Shown piece after piece: positions 52,585 through 56,839 of a stretch of 56,839 nucleotides of DNA. The position numbers were made by a program, and so were the translations under genes. Under the pieces are notes generated by a model. That model did no database searches. It worked only from the letters and a program-made list of their open reading frames with translations, and was not told where the DNA came from. The stretch comes from a virus (Duplodnaviria > Caudoviricetes). Where the stretch lies: positions 1 to 56,839 of the IMG/VR virus record IMGVR_UViG_3300034088_000014; one strand, written 5' to 3'. Each line of letters starts with the position of its first letter. The stretch's first letter is position 1.

Positions 52585-53870
52585 CACATCCCCCTGCGAA
52601 GCAGCGCATTCATCAGCGCGTTGTTTTGGTCGGCCTGCTGGCTGTTCTGGTACATCGAGTACCCCTGACCAATCGCCCCGGTGATCGCGTTCGCCTTGCC
52701 GACCTGACCGGCCGCCTTCGCGTTTCCGGCCCCGGTGATGAGGTCCGCAGCGCTGTTGCCGAAGTTCATCCCGGCCTGCCCCATGTTCTGCGACACCGAT
52801 TGGCCGACACCGGCCAGCGATTGCAGCGGGTTCAGGCGGTTCGTGCGGTTGGTCTGGAAGCGCCCATAGGACCGGTCGAACTCGTTGGAGGCGGTGCCTT
52901 GCGCGAACCGCTCCATTTCCTTGGCCGCACGGCCGGACAGCAGCCCGCCACGCGCCGCCGCACTGCGCTCCAGCGCCTTCGCGCCTTCGTCCATGCGGAA
53001 CTGATAACCGGGGTCGGCCTGGAAGTTGGACATGCCGAAGTCCCGCATGGCCCAGCCCTTGTCGGGGCCGTCAGCAAGGCCCAGCGCCGTCATCAGCGCG
53101 CCCTGCCCTGCAAGCCCGCCCTGCCTGAAAGGCTCGTTCAGTTCAAGAAGCCGGTTGAACTGCTCGCGTTGCAGGCCAATCGCGTCCTGAGCCGATTGCG
53201 CTTGCGTGTCGGCGGCTTTGCCGGCCTGGTTCGCCCCGTAGACACCCCCGGCCACTTGCAGGGCCGGGCCGACCAAAGAACTCGCGCCAGTCGGCAGGAG
53301 GCTCGTCAAGGCGTTTCCGGCCCCGCCAGCTCCGGCAGCGGCGCCACCGCCCGCAAGGGCTGCTGCGGGCTCTGTAGCGCCCCCCACGATGCCGTATCCA
53401 GCACCGCCAGCGGTGCCCGTGCCGCCTGCACTCATCGCCGCCAGTTCCGCCTCCGTCAGCCCACCGGCCGCGCCGCTGGCCGCCGCCGGCTCGGTCGCCC
53501 CAAGCGCGCCGTATCCGACGCCAGCCGCGCCAAGCATGGACATGCCGCCAGCAGCGGCAAGGCCCATCAGGAACGTCTTCATGGCGTCATCGGTCTTGAA
53601 CGTGCCTTCGTTCAGGAACTTTCCGTCCGCGCCGTACACACCGAACTTGTCCTGTCCGGCCCGCGTCTTGGTCGGGTCATAGGCGAAGTAAGAGGACGCA
53701 GGTCCGGTCTGCCCGACCCCATCCATCCCCCACCCCTGCTGCGCGTCGGACTGGTACGTCAGCCCGCCAGCACTGATCGGGTTTGCCGTCTCAGCAGACC
53801 AGCCGGAGCCACCGGGGCGGGCATTGAGCCGCGCCATCACTTCGGGCGAAAGAACTTGTTCCCATGCCAT
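52584..53870 (-). CDS. DNA ejection protein (P22 gp7-like)
   Basis: DPGYQFR and SAAARGGLLSG motifs; Gly/Ala-rich. Confidence 0.78.
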   Translation of the reverse strand: MAWEQVLSPEVMARLNARPGGSGWSAETANPISAGGLTYQSDAQQGWGMDGVGQTGPASSYFAYDPTKTRAGQDKFGVYGADGKFLNEGTFKTDDAMKTFLMGLAAAGGMSMLGAAGVGYGALGATEPAAASGAAGGLTEAELAAMSAGGTGTAGGAGYGIVGGATEPAAALAGGGAAAGAGGAGNALTSLLPTGASSLVGPALQVAGGVYGANQAGKAADTQAQSAQDAIGLQREQFNRLLELNEPFRQGGLAGQGALMTALGLADGPDKGWAMRDFGMSNFQADPGYQFRMDEGAKALERSAAARGGLLSGRAAKEMERFAQGTASNEFDRSYGRFQTNRTNRLNPLQSLAGVGQSVSQNMGQAGMNFGNSAADLITGAGNAKAAGQVGKANAITGAIGQGYSMYQNSQQADQNNALMNALLRRGM

Positions 53871-53892
53871 TTTTTGGCCCCTTCAGAAAAGC

Positions 53893-53913
53893 AAAAGCCA
53901 CCCGAAGGTGGCT
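53893..53913 (-). terminator. Intrinsic terminator
   Basis: AGCCACC-TTCG-GGTGGCT followed by TTT. Confidence 0.65.
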
Positions 53914-53933
53914 CTCTGTGGTGTTTGGCTCGG

Positions 53934-54326
53934 TTACGCGCCGGAGCCAGTGGTGTCTACGTACACGCCGGGCGACCAGCCAGAGCCCACGATCTGCACG
54001 ACCTGTTCTGCTTGGTCAAGCGCGATTTTCTCGGCCGCTCGCTCGGCGTTCAGCTTCTCGGTTGCGCCCATGTCGTTCAGCAGCCAGTCGGCGTAGGCGG
54101 TCGCTTCCTTGTCGTTGACCTGAACATAGATACCGTCGCGCGGAATCCAGTAGGTCACTTCGTCCGAAGTCCCGACCACGGCAGACGGCACCATCACGCC
54201 GTCCGGGCGCATCACTTCGGTCGGGGTCTTGAAGTTGTCAACCGCAACGACTTGGTTGGTGAATACTGCGTGAGTCAGGAAATACAGGAAATCCATTGAC
54301 CGCTCCGGGCTATGTAGGGATTTCAA
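53934..54326 (-). CDS. Hypothetical tail-region protein
   Basis: 130-aa ORF; start may be the internal MDF. Confidence 0.5.
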   Translation of the reverse strand: MKSLHSPERSMDFLYFLTHAVFTNQVVAVDNFKTPTEVMRPDGVMVPSAVVGTSDEVTYWIPRDGIYVQVNDKEATAYADWLLNDMGATEKLNAERAAEKIALDQAEQVVQIVGSGWSPGVYVDTTGSGA

Positions 54327-54345
54327 CTATAGACCAAGCTCAGCT

Positions 54346-56214
54346 TCAGCGCAACGCCGCCACTTCCGCCCTCAAAGCCGCCACTTCCGCTGCCTGCTCC
54401 TGCACCGCCTTGACCAGAATTCCGACGAGCGACAGATGATTGATGCCCATGATCCCGTCCTCACGGGTGAACGCGAGTGCGTCCTTTTCCCCGTTCGGCG
54501 TGGCAACTTCAGCCATCTCCTGCGCGATGAACCCGTGCTGCTGAAACTCCGGATCGCTGATAAAGCGGAACTTCCGGGGCCGCAGCGCCTTGACGAAGGC
54601 CAGCCCGTGGGTTTCGTCTTCAATATCCTGCTTCAGAGTCCGACAGGAGGCGGTCTGCAAGATGATGTTGTTGCTGGAGCAGGCCACTTCATAGGTCGGC
54701 GCAAGGCCGGTACCCATCTGCATCGTGAAGCCGCTGCCGCCGGCGTTCGCCGTCCCGGTGTTGCCGTTCACAATCCGGGTCCAACTGCTGGCCGCGTACC
54801 CGCCAAGGGCGCTCGAATCAGCCGCCGTGCCGGCGACAGGCAGGTAGACGCCAGAATGATTGTGGCCAGAGGTGGCAAAGGCGCTGGCGTGATTGCCATC
54901 CAGCAGATCGGCGTTCAGGTTTGTGACTGCAGTGGTGTTGTTGATGGTCATCGGACCTTCAACCTTCAGCGCCGTGCCGCCGCCAGTCGCACCAGCAATG
55001 ACGCCGGCACCAGTAGCAGACGTGGTGTAGCCGTAGACCCCGTACCCCGTGCCCGAGGTTGCCGTGCCGTAAACCGCCCCACCTCCGGCCCCGTTGCTGG
55101 CGTGAATCGCCATCCCGCTGGCGCTGCCGTAGACGCGCAGACCATAGGCTGCGTAAGTTCCGCCAGAGTTGATAACGGCCGCATAGCCGGAGCCATCCAC
55201 CGTCTGGCTGCCGTTGAAGGTCGCGCTCCCGGTGATATTGATGCTGGCGCCGCCGGTAATGTCGCCGGTAAACACCCCCTGCCCGTTGACGAGCACGTTC
55301 CCCTCGATCACCGTGGCCGCCGCGATCCACGCCGAACCACTCCAGAACCGCGACTCGACGTAGCTGCTACCGTTCGTCAACTGCACCGTATCGCCGATGC
55401 GAAGATGCGTTGTCGTCAACAGGTCCGTGGTGCCGGTCGCCCCGGTCAGCATGTTGTTGATGACGCGGTTTGCCTTGGCGTCGCTCCACGCGCTCACGCT
55501 GATGCTGTATTGCGAGCCGTAGCCCTTCAGGCTCCCGCGCGAGCCATCGGCCACCGAATAGATGGTGGTTTCACCATACGCCGACAGGCCAGATACGCCG
55601 GATGTCACCGTGCAGCGCAGCAGCTTGCCCGCTCCGGTGAAAGCGTTCAGGGTGTACGTGCCGGTTGTGGCCGTGCCGTCCAATACCCCGTCCACCGTCC
55701 AGACGTAGGTGGGGCTCGGCAGGTTCAGCAGCAGCGCCGTGACGGCAATCGAAGCCGGGTCGCCGTTGGAGAACGCAAGCCCGGTAGACGTGAGCGTGAC
55801 CTTGGGGCCGTATAGGCCCAGATCGGCGTCCGTCACGGTCACTTCCAGGCTGGAAGGCGTCGAGAAGTTGCCGCGCACATCGGCCGCCGCAACCCACACG
55901 GTATAGGTGCCGACCTGATCGGAGGGAATCAGCTCGTTGTTGGACGAGAAGTTGACCAGCAGCAGCGAGTCGGCCCAGGTCGCGCCGACTCGCCAGATAT
56001 AGGCCGTGACTTCCTCTGCGGCGGGATTGGCGTTGCACTGAAGGCGCACGCCGCCGGCCTCAATCGAGTACGTCAGGCCAGTCGGAGCGCTCGGCCCGAC
56101 CCTGGAGCCGCCGCCGACGCGCGCCAGCAGCGAATTGAACGCCCGCAGGAACTCCGGCGTCATGCACCCGCGCGAGTCGATAACCGGCTGGTGAGCGGAG
56201 AACTTGAACGCCAT
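54346..56214 (-). CDS. Tail fibre/needle protein with FN3-like domain and C-terminal S74 intramolecular chaperone
   Basis: APTGL and YTVWVAAADVRGN; SCRTLKQDI, GFIAQE and LVKAVQE. Confidence 0.82.
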   Translation of the reverse strand: MAFKFSAHQPVIDSRGCMTPEFLRAFNSLLARVGGGSRVGPSAPTGLTYSIEAGGVRLQCNANPAAEEVTAYIWRVGATWADSLLLVNFSSNNELIPSDQVGTYTVWVAAADVRGNFSTPSSLEVTVTDADLGLYGPKVTLTSTGLAFSNGDPASIAVTALLLNLPSPTYVWTVDGVLDGTATTGTYTLNAFTGAGKLLRCTVTSGVSGLSAYGETTIYSVADGSRGSLKGYGSQYSISVSAWSDAKANRVINNMLTGATGTTDLLTTTHLRIGDTVQLTNGSSYVESRFWSGSAWIAAATVIEGNVLVNGQGVFTGDITGGASINITGSATFNGSQTVDGSGYAAVINSGGTYAAYGLRVYGSASGMAIHASNGAGGGAVYGTATSGTGYGVYGYTTSATGAGVIAGATGGGTALKVEGPMTINNTTAVTNLNADLLDGNHASAFATSGHNHSGVYLPVAGTAADSSALGGYAASSWTRIVNGNTGTANAGGSGFTMQMGTGLAPTYEVACSSNNIILQTASCRTLKQDIEDETHGLAFVKALRPRKFRFISDPEFQQHGFIAQEMAEVATPNGEKDALAFTREDGIMGINHLSLVGILVKAVQEQAAEVAALRAEVAALR

Positions 56215-56712
56215 TACGCCGACCCCTCACGCAAGCGCGCATAGGCGCCGAGCACCGCAAACCGCATGTTGTCGGTGGTGCTGATCTCCCAGACCCGGTT
56301 TTGCCCGGCCCCGGTCGGGCCGAACTTCACGCGCGTTCCATAGGTGCCATTGGTGAGCGCCCTGGTCTTTGCCGTGCTCCAGGTCCGACCGCCGTCGTTG
56401 CTGTAGCGCATGGAGAGCGTTCCCGATCCGGTGCCCACTTCCATATCGACGTGCAACGCTTCGTAGAAATTGCGGTGCCCGTTCGGGCTGTCCATGCACT
56501 GTGTCGCGCGCAGGAACTTGATGGGGTCGCCGTTGTCGGTGTAGGTGTCCAGACTGAGGCGATAAATCTTGCCGTCCGCGTAGTCACCGACATGCACTTT
56601 CCCGCCGATAAACGCCGCGCAGGAAGCGCGCCAGCGGAACTCGGCGCCGGTAGACGTGTTCCGGCTGCACCACTCAAACCAATGGCCCGAGGCAACGTCG
56701 TAAACCCAGGTC
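56214..56712 (-). CDS. gp10-like tail hub protein, 3' part
   Basis: In-frame continuation of 1-917; TWVYD, VGDYADGKIY and YSNDGGRTWS. Confidence 0.8.
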
Positions 56713-56839
56713 TTGTCGGCAGTCGGGAAGGTGAGGACGTAGAACGAGTGTCCCTCCATCTGGAAGGTCAGGGCGAAGGCGTCCGAGATGGTGCTGTAGC
56801 CCTGAATCGCCCGTTCCACGGCGTGCGTGGAGACGCGGC
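56713..56839. repeat. Terminal direct repeat, copy 2
   Basis: Identical to 1-127. Confidence 0.95.

Noticed and set aside
49490-55815. Long plus-strand ORFs (49490-51382, 51205-52668, 52569-54299, 54436-55815)
   Set aside because: They are antisense shadows of the ejection and tail genes.
46567-56214. Diversity-generating retroelement or invertible tail-fibre switch
   Set aside because: No reverse transcriptase, invertase or template/variable repeat pair was seen.

Overview
The window is an apparently complete, circularly assembled temperate phage genome. Bases 1-127 repeat exactly at 56713-56839, giving a unit length of about 56,712 bp. It is GC-rich with a lambdoid layout and P22-like podovirus morphogenesis genes; the host is probably a betaproteobacterium (inference). 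The minus strand carries cro, cII-like, replication initiator, primase-helicase, nin-like genes and Q. It continues with an IbrB/IbrA/GNAT/nuclease cassette, a late promoter, six tRNAs with several tRNA-like elements, terminase, portal, scaffold, capsid, tail and ejection proteins, lysis genes and a nucleotide-metabolism cluster. The plus strand carries cI, an early operon of many small ORFs with a YqaJ exonuclease, xis/int, an attP matching the 3' half of tRNA-Lys(UUU), and a LexA DNA-binding-domain-only gene. Four observations stand out. (1) A 1.8-kb array of small genes whose junctions share a fixed-spacing, frame-locked motif, TGGCGTG-N9-GAYGGAG, like a gene-cassette array. (2) A ParB + PP-loop (PAPS-reductase-like) + GNAT + Cas4-like nuclease cassette. 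(3) tRNA-shaped non-coding RNAs and T-stem-bulged tRNAs. (4) A C5 methyltransferase apparently split over two overlapping frames. All calls come from reading motifs by eye; no searches were run.
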